A DNA stretch of 64,000 bases from Podarcis filfolensis (taxonomy: Eukaryota). The translations under genes and the position numbers were made by a program. This document shows, one piece after another, positions 1 through 13,691 of this stretch. The stretch is taken from assembly GCA_964270895.1 (NCBI GenBank), contig OZ185437.1. The stretch is one strand, 5' to 3'. Numbering within the stretch: position 1 is the first letter of the stretch; each line of letters starts with the position of its first letter. The notes beneath the pieces are model-generated. The model ran no database searches, was not told the origin of the DNA, and worked only from the letters and a program-made list of their open reading frames with translations.

Positions 1-513
1 GCTGTCAGATTACCTGGACAATAAAAATGGAAAAATTAAAATTAAAAAACTTAATTAAGAAAATTAAAAGAAATAAATAAGCATAACTTATTTATGCTAA
101 TTACTGCGTTCAAATTTAATGACAAACCACGTTTTGCTGTTATGTGTGCAAACAGCCTTGGGCTTGCATTCTTCTCCCATTTTTTTGAGCACAAGTTGGA
201 GATGATTGAAAGCTTCCATTCCCATTTTTGAGCAATTTACCTTTTGCTGGTTTGTCCAGCACTGACTCTTGGTACTGATACAGTCAAATTGATATAAGGA
301 AGCAAAGACTAACCGATTTTTTTTTACCTAGCTTTAATGACAATAATTATAAATTGTCATTTTCTGCTGCAAAACTGGAATATTTTAAATGTGTTTGAAT
401 GCAACTTGACTGACTCTTGTGAAGCAGTTCTAATCCCTTTAAAAATATTGAAAGCGCCATAATTCCAAAATATTTACAGATTCCCTTGACAAAGCTTTCC
501 ATTTTCTTTTAAG

Positions 514-614
514 GGAGCCCTTGTGAGTGCCTTGGCTGATGATACCTTACATTTATGGAATTTGCGTCAGAAGAGGCCTGCTATACTGCACTCCCTAAAA
601 TTTAACAGAGAAAG
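514..614 (+). CDS. STXBP5: STXBP5 exon (~4), 101 nt: GALVSALADDTLHLWNLRQKRPAILHSLKFNRE(R)
   Basis: Acceptor ttttcttttaag, donor AG|gtaaga; phase 0 to 2; WD40 repeat peptide. Confidence 0.96.
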
Positions 615-2863
615 GTAAGAATTATTTGTTGTTTTTATATTTTACAATGTACGTCAACTTTAGCTCATTTTCACACAATAGGGTGAAGGCAGCAAATGGT
701 TTTAGTCCTGCGTGCCCTAAGCATACTCTAACCTGCTACTTCTTCATGAGCATTTTACTTGCAAATCACTTCTTCTATTGGCTGGGAGGACGTGGGGACT
801 CTGTATGAAATAAGAAGATAAGTGATGGTGATGGTTGGTACATTTGCTTGCTTACTGTTACATAGCAAGCAGGTGCCAGCCCAGCTGGGAAGTGGGAGGG
901 GGGAAAGGAGTAACAAAATGGGCATTGGGCTTTCCTTTCTTTCTAGTTCTTTCTATATTTTTGTATTCTCTTGCTTCTCTGCCTCGTAGAATTCAACTTC
1001 AGTAGCAGAAACAAAGAAGCATTTTTAGGCCCCATTCTTGAAAACTTATCTCAAATACCTAGCAGTCGGTCAGCTTTTGCTATCTAGATCTATGTCTATA
1101 AATACATATAAATACACAAACAGGAGAGTCCTTGTTCTCATCTGTGAAGTGTTGGCTGGGGTTGGGTTGGAGAGACTGTTATCTCTACTGTCTCCAGTGC
1201 CTCCCACCTCATTAACTTTCATCCCACCACAGGAGTGCCTCTACTCTTGAGGTTCTCCTGACACTGTTCATCTGTCTCCCATCTTTGCAGCCACGCTTTT
1301 CCTTCCCTTAATGTTGTTCACTTATTTAAATCTGACTAAAAGACAAGAGAAATAAGCCTTCATAGGGCTGGGGCTGTTGATTACTCTCTTCAGTTTCTCC
1401 CTTCCCTGTTGGCAACTCAGCTACTGGCTTGCCTTTGGTTCAATACTTCTTTTTTTTAATAAAAATGGACATCTCATATCTCATTCTTTATGTCCAGTAT
1501 TAGCCATATGAAAAGAGGATTCCATTCTAGGCAATCTTTGAAATATTGGTCAGTCCAGTAAGAAACAGGTAGGGTGTATCTGTGTGTATGCTCACAAATC
1601 AGCCTTTTGTAGGCTTCAAAGCAAGCTAGCTTGACCAATAGCTGAGTTTATGGGAATTGTAATCCAACATTTAGAGAACCACAAATTCCTCACCTATTTT
1701 TTGCTTTAAAAATTGCTTTAAAACTCTCAAGAAAGGAAATGATCTATGCTGCTCTGTTTATGCAAGCAGGGCTTCTTCAGTACTAGCTATGGGAGGAGAG
1801 AGAATCAGAGGCAACATGCTGCCTCAAGTAGCAAAATGTCTTGGACCAGTTGGGCAAGCATAAAAATATATATAATATGCTTTTGTGAAGGATGGAAGCT
1901 TCCTAGAACAGACCTACACAACATATGCTCTCCTCTAAGTCAAATGGAGCCAACTAACCCAGCAGATACTAGAGAAATTTCCTGTGCTTACTTGCCTGTT
2001 TAGAATTGTTTAAAAGCCTGGGGAGAGAGGGCTAGTGAAATACCTGGTACATGAAAGTTCAGCTGAAATTTCTTTAGTAGCTCACAAGATATGCATCCTT
2101 GTATCTATGAGGCAGTTGCTCAGTAGTCAGAAGATTTACTTACTCTAGCAACATATTAAAATGTTATCATCCATAGGTGGCATGAATACAATAAACACTC
2201 AGACATTTGGGATCCATATTTAGAATTGTTTGCATAAACAACATGCCCAGCTCTGCCGGAGCTTATATCCCCCACTTTTCTTCCACTCCCTTCTCCCTTT
2301 AAGTTTGGTCTGATTGTATTTACTTTAACTGTAAACAACAACAATAATCCTTAAAAACGCAGCTGTAACTGTTTTGCTGTCAGCAAATGTGACCGGCAGA
2401 TACAGTTCCTTTTATTTTCTTTTTTCAATACTAAAGTAGTAAGATTATTTGTCAGGTTCTGTTCACCTTTGGCAGGGACAACTGAAGGTTTTGTGTTGAT
2501 TGCAGAAGATAGGATCTTGTACAGTTGGTGCACCCACAAGGGCATGAATAACCAACTTAATCTCTGTCCTCTCAGCCTGATTTCACATACATTGATTATA
2601 AAATTTACCAGAATGCATTTTAGTCAGAGACTGGGGGCAGATTCAATCATCTAGAGGTAGAGAGGAACAGAGATGGTTTTGTGGTTGTGTTCTGGTTCCA
2701 CACAGTCCAAACTGGTTGTAATAATTTAGGAAAGATGGTGAGGTCTTTCAGTGCCTAGAGATCTTGTTGGTCAGGAACACAGCCCACCCAGATCTAGGGT
2801 GATTGTGACTCTTCTGGCAATAGAAAGAAGGGGCCTAGAATGTTAAGGCTACAACAATAGTGT

Positions 2864-3136
2864 TGTTGTTGTTTAGTCATCTTAGTCGTGATTGACTCTC
2901 CGTAACCCCATGGACCAGAGCATGCCTTGGAAACTCTCACTTCTCGAAGATTCTCCTTTTTTATGTCCATGGAGTTACTGTAGTGGTTTGCCAGTTCCTT
3001 CTTGAGGTAGATCACATTTAGTCTAAACTCTCTGCTATGACCTGTCCATCTTGGGTGGCCCTGCACGGCATAGCTCATAGCTTCTTGGAGTTATTCAAGT
3101 CCCTTCGCCACGACAAGGCCGTGATCCATGAAGGGG
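2864..3136 (-). mobile_element. Short bipartite BovB/RTE-derived non-autonomous retroposon (5' end joined to 3' end), 273 bp
   Basis: 12-bp TSD caacaatagtgt at 2852-2863 and 3137-3148. Its 3' ~60 nt resemble the 3' end of the BovB copy at ~19090-19150, with a (CAA)n tail. Its 5' part resembles the recalled BovB 5' end (ccccttcatggatcac..., agaaggaactggcaaaccact). Confidence 0.75.
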
Positions 3137-4297
3137 CAACAATAGTGTAGTGGTTACCTTTCTGGCGCATAATGTAGAACTTGAAGATATTGCATTCATT
3201 AGGTAACATGTAAGGGTTTGTGAAGGGATGCCTGTGTTTCTGCAGTCATACTTGGATCAGAGGTTGCCTCCAAACACCCTGAAGTGGATAGTGGTAGTAT
3301 TATGCTCTGTTCTGTCTTGTCCTGCTTGAGCATCCCTGGATTGCCACTCCTACATTGAGTACTTCCTACAGGGGAAGGCTTTGCTTAAGCCATCTCCAGT
3401 TCATTGCTATCCCACCTGGGGTCTTCATTAAGTTCATGATGAAAGCACCCTTTGAACACATGTGCACAGTGCCTCTGAAGTGGATAAGCTGAAAGGTGCT
3501 GTTTTCTGGTGTCAGTAACATCAGTCATTGGGGGATCTGAGCTTATGGAGTTGTGTATCTTTCTTGAGGACTCAGTGGTGCTTTGCATGGCTCAGCATAT
3601 ATGTCCAAGGTAAATTCATTTATTTCCCATAGAGCTGGTGCTGTCTGGAGCTCACACTTCCCAAGGAACATAAGTGGCACTCCCTGGATATTGGCTGGGC
3701 CTTACACAAATAGCTTAAGCATACAAGAGACTTTAGTCAATAGATTACCCGCTTGTTTCTGTCCAGCCCAATACAATGGGAAATAAGGTTTTGTTGGCTA
3801 TGTAGTTACCATGGATTAAGGTGTATCTCCAAGTGTTGTGATGTTTCTGCTGCTGCTGTGCCTGGTGGGGTTGCTGCCAATTCTACAAAAAAGTGCTTCT
3901 TCCTCTTCTGCCTTTGAATATAATGTTCCATTATGGGACATTCTGTTGTGGGACATTTGCAGAGCTGCCACAAGCTAAAAATGTGAATACATCTGCTGAA
4001 GCATCTTTTGACTGGTGTGTATTGTAACACATAGTTTGTAAGTAGTTTCCAGGCTACAGCATACCTACCTGACTGGAGATTGCTTTGGTATATTCCTCCT
4101 CCACTGCAAAAATATGAACTTACTGTGAGAAGTTCATTTTCAGCTAGGAATGGAAGGGATCTGAGACACCCTGTGATTGGTGTCACTGCAGTGGGGAGAA
4201 GTGCTGTTGCCAGTACAATACAATGCAGTCAATTGCAAGGCAGGGAGCTCTAAGGGCTATTCTTCACCCCTTATGGTTTTGTTGGTTTCTATTGCTA

Positions 4298-4533
4298 CAG
4301 TGGTACTTTGGGATACAGATGCTTCAGGTTACAGGTGCTTCAGGTTACAGACTCCACTAACTCAGAAATAGTACCTCGGGTTAAGAACTTTGCTTCAGGA
4401 TGAGAACAGAAATTGTGCAGTGGCAGCGGCATGGCGGCCCATTAGCTAAAGTGGTACCTCAGGTTAAGAACAGTTTCAGATTAACAGTTTCATCCTCCAG
4501 AACGAATTAAGTTCTTAACCCGAGGTACCACTG
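4298..4533 (-). mobile_element. Tc1/mariner-type MITE, copy 1
   Basis: TIRs cagtggtac...gtaccactg flanked by TA on both sides; internal ttcaggttacag repeats; inverted copy at 33628-33859. Confidence 0.85.
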
Positions 4534-7500
4534 TACTTTGTTCTATTTTTATTGTTGCCTTGTTATTCTTGGGATGCTATTCTGTTAGCTGTGGCACTTA
4601 CAAACCAAGCCCACTCAGACTAAATGCCGGCAGTTTTTATAATCTTCCCTGCCTAGTGTGGAAAGAAGGAGGGACAGCCCATTCAAGGGCCCCGTCTATC
4701 CCTTGCAGAAAATGAATTTGTCATGGTAAACCAATATTCTACACTAGTAACATAGATAAAATGTAACACTTGATTACTAGCAATTTAGGAAGTGTGGCAA
4801 ACCAATTTACAAGAAGAGCTAAAATTTTAGAATGAAAAGTCTACCAAACAGACGCCTAAACATTTTTCCTTGAGAGAAGCCTTGTTTTTTCATGTCACCA
4901 AGAAAGGATAAGATTAGAGGCTTCTGTTGTCTCTTTGCTTTTTTCTCTATCAAACAGAGCATGGAATTGATTGCCAAAATTAAACAGTGTGGCAACTTCA
5001 TTCTCTTAACTCAGAGATTATGGTTTCCTTCCTCACAAAGAATGTGAGAATAGCCTTTAATTTAGTTTCTTCTGAACACTTTAATGTCCTGAAGAATTAG
5101 CTAAATAGTGCAACTTTTGTTATACTTTTAGTACTCTAAAGAAACATTAGTGAACTGATATGAAGGAAGAATGCTGAAGAAAAAGGTGCAATTGTGACCT
5201 AGTTTACAGTATTTTCCATTAACTAACACTGTACATGGATTTTTAAAAAGATGCATCATAAATGCTTGACTATGCATTTTTAATAAATCAATTAAAATAC
5301 TCTTTACTACGTACCAGGCACTTCCATAAGTTATTAACATAATGGCTTAATGTTAAATTTAAAACATTAAGTGCAAGCTCTTGTCTATATTAAAGTGCAT
5401 TCAATAAAATAATGCTTCATGTTCCAAACTAGCCTTTTCCCTCTTAAATGTAACTCTTGGAGCCTGGGTAGTTTTCTGGTGTGTCCATTCAGACATCTCA
5501 CTAAACCATAGTTTTCACTATTTGTTTCCATGAGGCTGTGTCTCTGTTGAATTTCTAGATAAGGAGCTCAAGAGATGGTGCCATTTCAATGCTGGGTGGA
5601 TACAAATTGTCCATTTAAGTCCAGTTTTAGGCCTGAGAAGGCAATCCATGCTTACTGTAGTGGGTAACCTGAACAGGGAACTATTGGGAGTAGACCTTGT
5701 TGAATCTTTTGGAGCTCTGTTACCTTTTCATACCTTTGACAATGCAGTTCAATTTGTATTACAATAAGATAACAACATAACAAATAATAGAAGAAATAAA
5801 ATAAAAAATCAATATGAATACTTTGTATTCATATACCAGACCATCTAAATAAATGTTCTGCAGACCACAGTTTGGGAACTTCTGGTCTAAGGCATAGCAT
5901 CATAGATACATGCCAGATGTCCAGAGGGAGAAAATTCCACAAAATGGATGCAGCAATGCCCAAACATAAGGCATAGCCTTGCACCCTTGTTCCATAGTCG
6001 CCTTTCAAGAAATTCCTGAGCTTCCTGAAGATATGATGCTGTGTCATTTCTTCCAAAAGAAGTCTTACTTAATTTCTAAAGTACATTGTCTATTGACATA
6101 CCTAGACAAAAAGCATAATGTGTTTCTGTTTTTTCTGTTGTCTTGAATCCCTGGGTGGCTAGTCTTCCAGATGGCATTGAATGTACTGGAACAAAATACA
6201 TATTAAGAAACCATAGGATGGTTAATCTCCTAATTTCATCAGGCTCTTGCATAGTCACCCCAGCAGCATTTATTGTGGGGAGCACATAAATGGTGGTTGT
6301 AGAACATTTGGACTGTGCACACCTTTAAGTGACACAACAAGGTGAATGCCTGCATTTTGGTTATAGAACTAAAGCAGATTTGTTCGTCAATACCTTTTAC
6401 ATTGTTGCTACCTAGAAGCTGGCAAAATTGCTCTATGCAAAGCAGCTGCGTGGAAAAAGTAATGTCTTGCCTTGTACAGCTATGGACACAACTACACATT
6501 TCTGAGCCATTGCAGTTGCATGAATCGCCAATGGGAAGGAGCAGTAGTAAATGTGGATGTGCTGAAGCAGACATTGCAATCTCCATGGAATTGCATCCAC
6601 AGGATTACTGGGGATTCTTGTATAGCAGGATTCTGACATCCCAGCTGTATAATTTGTCTGGGAAAAGGGAGAGAGATATCTGTTTTCTCATGTTTTCTTT
6701 CCTGTTTATTTCTTGATGAATATGCTCCAGGAAGAGTCTGTGTCAAAATTAACAGATTTTAGCCATTTTATTTCAGCAGGCCTTGGGTAGCTTCGACCTT
6801 TATGGCCAGACTGTGTTGCCAAGTCCATCATGTGGCAGCTGTTTGGGAAAAGACCTGCCATATGTGTGGATCTCCTTCATAATCTTCCTCCTTACCTTTT
6901 TATTTACCATATTTCCAGGCCACCTGTCAAATAGAAAATTGCCCAAGGTGGCACACATCATTAAATAACCAGTTAAATAGCAAATAAAAACAAAAACAGT
7001 ATGGCTGAAATAAATAGCTTGACACAGATATAAATTAGTACAACTCTTTTGGCAAATTAAAAACCTTGGATTAAAATAATGAATTAGAAAATGAGTGAAT
7101 TGGCTTTTCACTTGAAGCATCAGTATTTGAGATTTTTACAATGAACTTATTTTTGGGAACAGTGCAAGTTTGTTTAATTGTTACACACTGCGCTAAGTTT
7201 TACAAATCATGATAAAGGTTTTACTTAAGTAGCTTTGACAGTTTTATCAGAGGAGACATATGGCCTACAACTAGCAAAGGAAATCCTTTGCAAGTATCTG
7301 CAAATTGCCTCTCAAGTGACCTTCCTTAACTATTAAGACATTTATGTAAGTAATTATGCAAATTGTGCTTAGATTCAATAGGTGTTTAGCAATGTTTACT
7401 TGGATTATGGCTGTGCTGTAGCACTTCCACTTAGGTGTATTCTATTTTGTTAGTCTGTGCCATGTCCCAAAATACCAAGACAAGATCAAGCTTTTCTTCT

Positions 7501-8699
7501 GAAGACGATAAAGAAACAATAGTAAACAGTATGTGAGTTCTACTTACTATTAAACATCTTAGGATATTCTCCTGTGGCCCTGGATATTGTCTTCCTCCTT
7601 TTCTGCAGATGGAGAAGGTCTGCCAATGCAGGTCTCTTCAATGTGGCCATGGGAACCTTCATGGCTATCACACCATCCATGCTATACTGGTAGGGAGCGA
7701 AAGGGTGTGTGTTGGTGGGGGGTTGAGAGAGATAATATCATTCTCTGTATCCAAAGCCCTCCCCTCTCCCCCCTAGAGGACCTCCAGCCCTAGAGCTTTC
7801 CCTAGTAAGGGTCTGGATTTGATGGTGGTTCTGCCATAGATTCTCACGTCCCTATAGCCAAAATAATGTCATTTTTTATGTATCCAGCTACAAAGTCTGT
7901 GATGCCCTTTATTGCAATTATAAATTATATTCTCTAGAGAATGCTATTTGGCAAAACTGCAGCTTTTAAGGAAGGAGAAAGTGAAGATCTTGGATAGTAG
8001 TTTGCTCTCAGTACTTGACAATAAATTAGAAAGTTGTGAGAAATGTGGATCCGTGTGCCTTACAGATATCCTCTGACCTAAACCGAGAGTGCCTATGGAT
8101 GAAATTACTGTTGCACAGCAGATCTTTGAAACAAATTCAGAATAGTGCGCACTTCAGATTTCTTTTTATGGAATGAGTCCATTCTACAAATATTCTCCAT
8201 TATCAAAGTAAAATAAAGAGACTCTCTCTCTCTCTCGGCTAAGTGGTTGTCTTTAGCTCTGATTTTTTTGTGAGAGCAGAAATGTCTTGTATACTCTTGC
8301 AGAATCATTCATCATGGATTTTCTAAGTTGTTTCATTTGTTATTTCTCATGTTTGGATAGGAACAGCTCTCCATTTCATCCCATTTTAAAGGAATAGAGA
8401 CCTAGCATTCTATATGTGTTGCAGATGAGCAGCTAGCGTTCCCGTTGTATGTGTTAACAGAACGACACATTCATAAAACTGTTTTGGAGATACGGTTGAG
8501 AACTAATGATCTGTTGTTGAAAAGCAGAGACCTAAGTTAGAGAAAATTTGATTTACCTGGGTGTGAATTAAACAAGCTTTTGTGAGCATAAACTCTAGAC
8601 ATGAAGTGCAATAGTGTGCCTTCCTTGATATTTATCGTCAATTTTAGGGATTAGATAAGGTGCATTTTTTAATTCAATTTTTTATGTTTTCTCTTTCAG

Positions 8700-8834
8700 G
8701 ATAACATTTTGCCATATGCCGTTCCAGAGTAAATGGCTGTATGTGGGCACTGAAAGAGGAAATATACACATTGTTAATGTGGAGTCCTTCTCTCTCTCAG
8801 GCTATGTCATCATGTGGAATAAAGCCATTGAACT
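8700..8834 (+). CDS. STXBP5: STXBP5 exon (~5), 135 nt: ITFCHMPFQSKWLYVGTERGNIHIVNVESFSLSGYVIMWNKAIE(L)
   Basis: Acceptor ttttctctttcag, donor CT|gtgagt; phase 2 to 2. Confidence 0.96.
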
Positions 8835-10982
8835 GTGAGTATGGTCTACTTGAAAATAAATGTATTTGGGTATCATTCTTTTTGGCAACTATATTCTCAA
8901 TTGACACAACACACAAAATGTAGATGTGTTTCTTTTTTTGGTTGTGAAACCCTGGTTTCTGACCTGTTATGTGTATATGTATGATACCCAGCATTAGTCA
9001 TACTCAGTGTGGACAGATTAAAATAAAATGAATTTAAATAACGAAAAGCATTGGTGTCCATAGATCTACTCAGTGACTTAACTGGCTATCTCCCTATGTT
9101 GGCTAAAGTGGTAGAAATTTCCTTGGAAAATAACGTTCCTACTGTTAGAATGTGTGGCACATTGCTATCCTATGGATTTATTCAGAAATAGTATGTCTCT
9201 CTGCATTCATTGGATCATGCATTTGATCCGTAGTGTAGCCAGCTGTAGGATTACAGCCTTAGTCTATGAGAGGAATTCGACGTAACACTATGGCAATCAT
9301 TCCATCACCTTTTTAGCTTGCCAGATGGAAAGAGCCACTCTGTCCTCCCTCCACCTGCTGTTCAGGGTGGAGGGAGGTCTCATGCCCCCCAAGCCAGTTT
9401 GGGGTAGTGCGGGAAAAGGAGAGGAGGAAGACCCATTGAACTGGTGGAAGTCCTTGTGCAAGCTTCTGCCAGCAGGACTTGTTAGTTGAACCCTGGCCAG
9501 AATCCTAGTTTCAGCATGCCAGCAAAGTAATATTTTAAACATTTGGTATGTCATTTAGACAAAAATATATTCAGTACATAATGGAATCCCTTGAAGTTTT
9601 TTTTTAAAAGCACTGATAGTGTTTGAAGCTATATATATATATATTCAGTATATATTTGTTGAATGTCTCAAAAATTATGCAGATTGGTTTCCCTTCAAAA
9701 TATTAACAGGAAAGGACCGACCCATACCCCCCTCAGCTCCATTCTTCTCATTTTTTTGATATTTAGTGAAGTATGATTGTAATTTGGTATACTGGTTTGC
9801 TGTTCTTATTTCATACTGCAACTCTGTACAGTATTATTCGTTTTTCTTTCTCCTGTTTTTTTTTCCTGTGACTGCATGCGTTTGTGTGCAACAGTAAAAT
9901 TCAATATAGTTTAAGGGGGGGGAGTATAGAACAGGTTGCATTTTTGGATTAAGCATAGTTTCTCAAACTTCTCTTCCACTTTAGCTTCATATATGATAAT
10001 AAATATCTCCTGAGTCTGGCTCACATTTGTTTCATGTTTCCTTACTTATTTTTAATAAACTTCATATACCACTTGATTGTAAACAACTGTTGAGTGCTAT
10101 ACAAAAATATAAAATAAAAGGTTAAAATTATTGATAAAAACACTAAAACAAGTATTTAAAAATATTCAAAATATAGTTAAAGTAAACAGTAACTAAAAAG
10201 AAATAAAACAAATGTAATTCTAGACTTCATTTTGTTTATTTAACTAAACTCACTTCTCATATAATTTTTAAAACAAAACGTTATTGAAGAGCAAGTGAGT
10301 TGAGACTGATTCATGTTGCTGCCTAACTTAGTAAGTGTATTTTTATCAGACTTGCTTGAAACATGTTTCTGTATGCCTTTGAAACTTACTGTTCAGAAAA
10401 ATGGTATTTGGGAACACCAGTTGTGAAGAGAAAATATGACTGTAGGACTGGGTGAGGGAGACTCTCTGCATTGTGTCCTGTGTCCCAGGCTTTCATCTGC
10501 AAGAGAATAAGCTGCTGTCAGTACATTGGAGTTGGCCCAGAAACTAGCATGTTTTCAAAATACACAAGAGCACATCTTTTTATTCTAGTTCAGAAATGAC
10601 ACTTCAGGCTTTCTTAGTGGATCTCAAGGTTCTTGTAAAAACAAAAACAAAAAACTAACTGTAGTCCAATACATACAAGCTATTCAGTTAGAATTAAAGA
10701 ATTCTGAGTTGAGGAATTGGTTTGATTATCAGACCTGAACTGAATGCATTATTTGTGCCTTCCCTATTTTTCATCATTTTTAGCAGTTCAACTTTTTCCT
10801 ATTGTTTAACAATCAGGAAGCAAAAATTATTTCCAATTAGCTTTAAATCATCCAGAGAAGTATTAGACTGCTGTTTAATTTTTGACACCCCTTCTGTTGG
10901 TAGTGGGGTGCCTTTAAAAGGTACTTGGGAAGGGAACAACAGAGATTGTATCAGAGCTTCAACAGAAAAGGCAGACCTTCCA

Positions 10983-11284
10983 AGTGCCCCTATTTTCCAG
11001 GGACATCCCAGATTTAGAGAAGCCATCCCGGTTTCTGATTTCGAATGTTCTGCTTTTCCTTAGGATGTCCCTATTTTCACTGGAGAAATGTTGGAGGGTG
11101 TGGAGTTATCCGACTCCCAAGCCATCTGAATGCAATCCTGTATAAGGAAGGCTTTTTAAAATGTTTAATGTTTTATTATGTTTTTATATATGTTGGAAGC
11201 CGCCCAGAGTGGCTAGGGTATAATAGTAAAATTATCATTATGGAGTGGGACGTCCCTATTTTCATAGGAGAAATGTTGGAGGGT
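10983..11284 (+). repeat. Composite repeat: 37-bp direct repeats bracketing an L2-like 3' tail
   Basis: ggatgtccctattttcactggagaaatgttggagggt (11063-11099) versus ggacgtccctattttcataggagaaatgttggagggt (11248-11284), 34/37 identical. The internal aagccgcccagagtggct resembles the L2 tails at ~27350 and ~51400. Confidence 0.6.
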
Positions 11285-13517
11285 ATAAAAAGGTTTACTG
11301 AGGGAGAGTAAAGCCAAAGGCAATTTATAGGTTAACTTTTGCAGACCAGACCAGACAAGGAGGGGAATGAGAAGGGACAGTAGTAAGCCCAAGAAGAATT
11401 TAGTGTCAGAGGCAAGCACCCAAAACCAGGAGCTCCAGGGTTCAGCTAGACTGAGTTTATCCTAGTAAGGCCGCTCTCTTGAAACCAAACTAAGCTATAT
11501 TAGAAATGAACAATATGAAAGACTAAGGTAGTCATGGAAAGATGATTTATCAGTGAACAAAGAAGATTTTTGAATATCCTGTTAGTAGCCAGTTGATAAG
11601 TGATAGTGCTGTCTTGATTGAATTAGGAAGTGGAGGAAGATAAAAGTTTCCATTTGCTTTTGCTAAACCGGTGAGTTCCCAGGCCAGCATGTAGAGGGCT
11701 GGGGTATTCTTTTCCATTTGGTATAATGTGGGAACCGAAAAATACGCTTCTAATTTGTTAGACCTTTCCAGACAAAATGGAGACTTTTGAGCCAAGTTGA
11801 TATGTTGGGACTCAGAACGGTGAACTCTGTCAACAATATGTCTTATCTCAGTCACTGGACCGGGGCCATTATCTTGCCAGTTTTTAAAGACAACCCACAC
11901 ACCGTGCCACCCTTAAAATAGATTTTACAGGCAATTTGTGAAAACACTGAAGGACTTTACAAGTAGCCTATTCAGGTGTAATTTAACACCCTTTCGTTAG
12001 TAGCATTGTCTTCCCAATAATTTTGTTCACAAGGTTTTGATGACTGTTCCTACTCCTCCATTCTCCAAGGGAAGTCCTCCACTTAAGAAGCCTATTCCAT
12101 AATTTCATATTGACATGCATTATCACCTGAAGCCAGTGTCTTTTGTTCAGTTTCTTGGATCCTTGGATTCCTTTCTTGGTGTAATAAGTAAATTTGTCTG
12201 ATTTTGCTACAGGTTGTTAAGGGAACAAGGGAAAAAATGGAGCTAAAGGGGGGGAAATCCTAGATGTTAGCTTATATATTAGGAGCCAGCAGTCTTATTG
12301 TGGAGGTATCCAGTGCTGAACCACTGAGGTTCCACTCCCAAAGTCTGCTCTGGTGTCGCCTTCAACCCTCTGGAGCTGATTGGGGGGAGGGCCTGAAGGG
12401 GAGAGAGTTTGATTAGTGATCTGATGAATGCAACAATACTGCATAGCCAATTGTTCATCCCCCCCCCCCAAGTTTTAGGCTAAGTTGCCCTTTATTGTTC
12501 AAGTTTGATTATTCCAGTAGATATTGATTATAATCAATAATTATCTATGCCCTGACTGGGTAGAAGATAAAAGTGTGACTTAATTGCTTTAGTCTGTTTC
12601 ATTCATGCATGCATTTGTCTGGGGGCAGGGGAAGATTTTCATAGTTGGTATCAGCCTGAGTCGTTGTGAAAGCATAGCACATCAGCTGCTAGACCCTCAT
12701 AGGCGAAGTTGCTTTGCATGTTTCCTGAAGAGAACTCCCCAGAAAATATTGATTCTTACCTGGCCTGGAAATGAGTTACATTGAGCTCAGTGAGGCTTGC
12801 TTCTGAGTAGAAATGGCAATAATTGTACTGTGAGACTGGTTTCCTGGTGGCAATTTAATAGAGCACATATTTAGCATTTCTAATTGGGAAGGTCACCTGG
12901 TTATTGGTTTAATTTTAGTTTGGAAAATACAGTCAATATCTTACTCAAGTAGCAGAGCTATGTCTGGTTTGTACTGCTGCATTTATGGAGCTGAATGTTT
13001 CAGCGTGCAAGGCAGTTCCTTTACATAGACAACTGAGCTAGATGTTTGGCAAAATGCCAAGCTACAGCTCTTCTCACATGTCTGAGAGAAGTTTTGTATG
13101 GAAGAGAATTCAGTCATGTGTGCTCTCACATCTTTACCACCTAACTTGAGTAGGTAGAGCTAGATCTAGTAAGTGCTAGATCAGCACCTAATGTGTGACT
13201 TGTTGCAGCCATATGGATCTTTGAAGCCTCTCTGGTTAAGGGCTTTTTAAAGGAAGGTTTGAGAGTCCTGTCAAGCCTAGAATTGTGGCTGATTTAAATA
13301 CAGTGATGCAGATCTTTTAAAAATTGTTATTCTACCCTAAATCAATGTTGATTTATTTAGTTTAATCTATGGCACTTTACATAGAAAAATTTGACAGATC
13401 TGTAGCTGAGGAGCTCATAACCTTGCACATGTGTTTTGATTTACTTTTAGTAAAAACGACAAAGTATTTCAGGCTAACTTTAAGCTAGATGAATATCTTA
13501 AAAGATTTCCAATAGGC

Positions 13518-13691
13518 CAGTGGTTCCCAGTTGGTGGTCCACAGACCCCAGGAGGTCCACGTAACCCACCCAGGGAGTCCATGGAACCATTCACATAACA
13601 AAAACTACCATGGAGATATCAAAATTTTCTAAAGTAGGGGTTCCATGGCTTGATTTTTCAAAAACAATACTTAGCTAATTGGGAACCATTG
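13518..13691. mobile_element. hAT-type MITE, older copy
   Basis: TIR cagtggttccca...tgggaaccattg; imperfect 8-bp TSD caataggc / caatagca. Confidence 0.6.

Noticed and set aside
11550-11900. 116-aa minus-strand ORF as a possible retrogene
   Set aside because: No recognisable domain, and no poly(A) or TSD seen; this length is compatible with chance in 64 kb.
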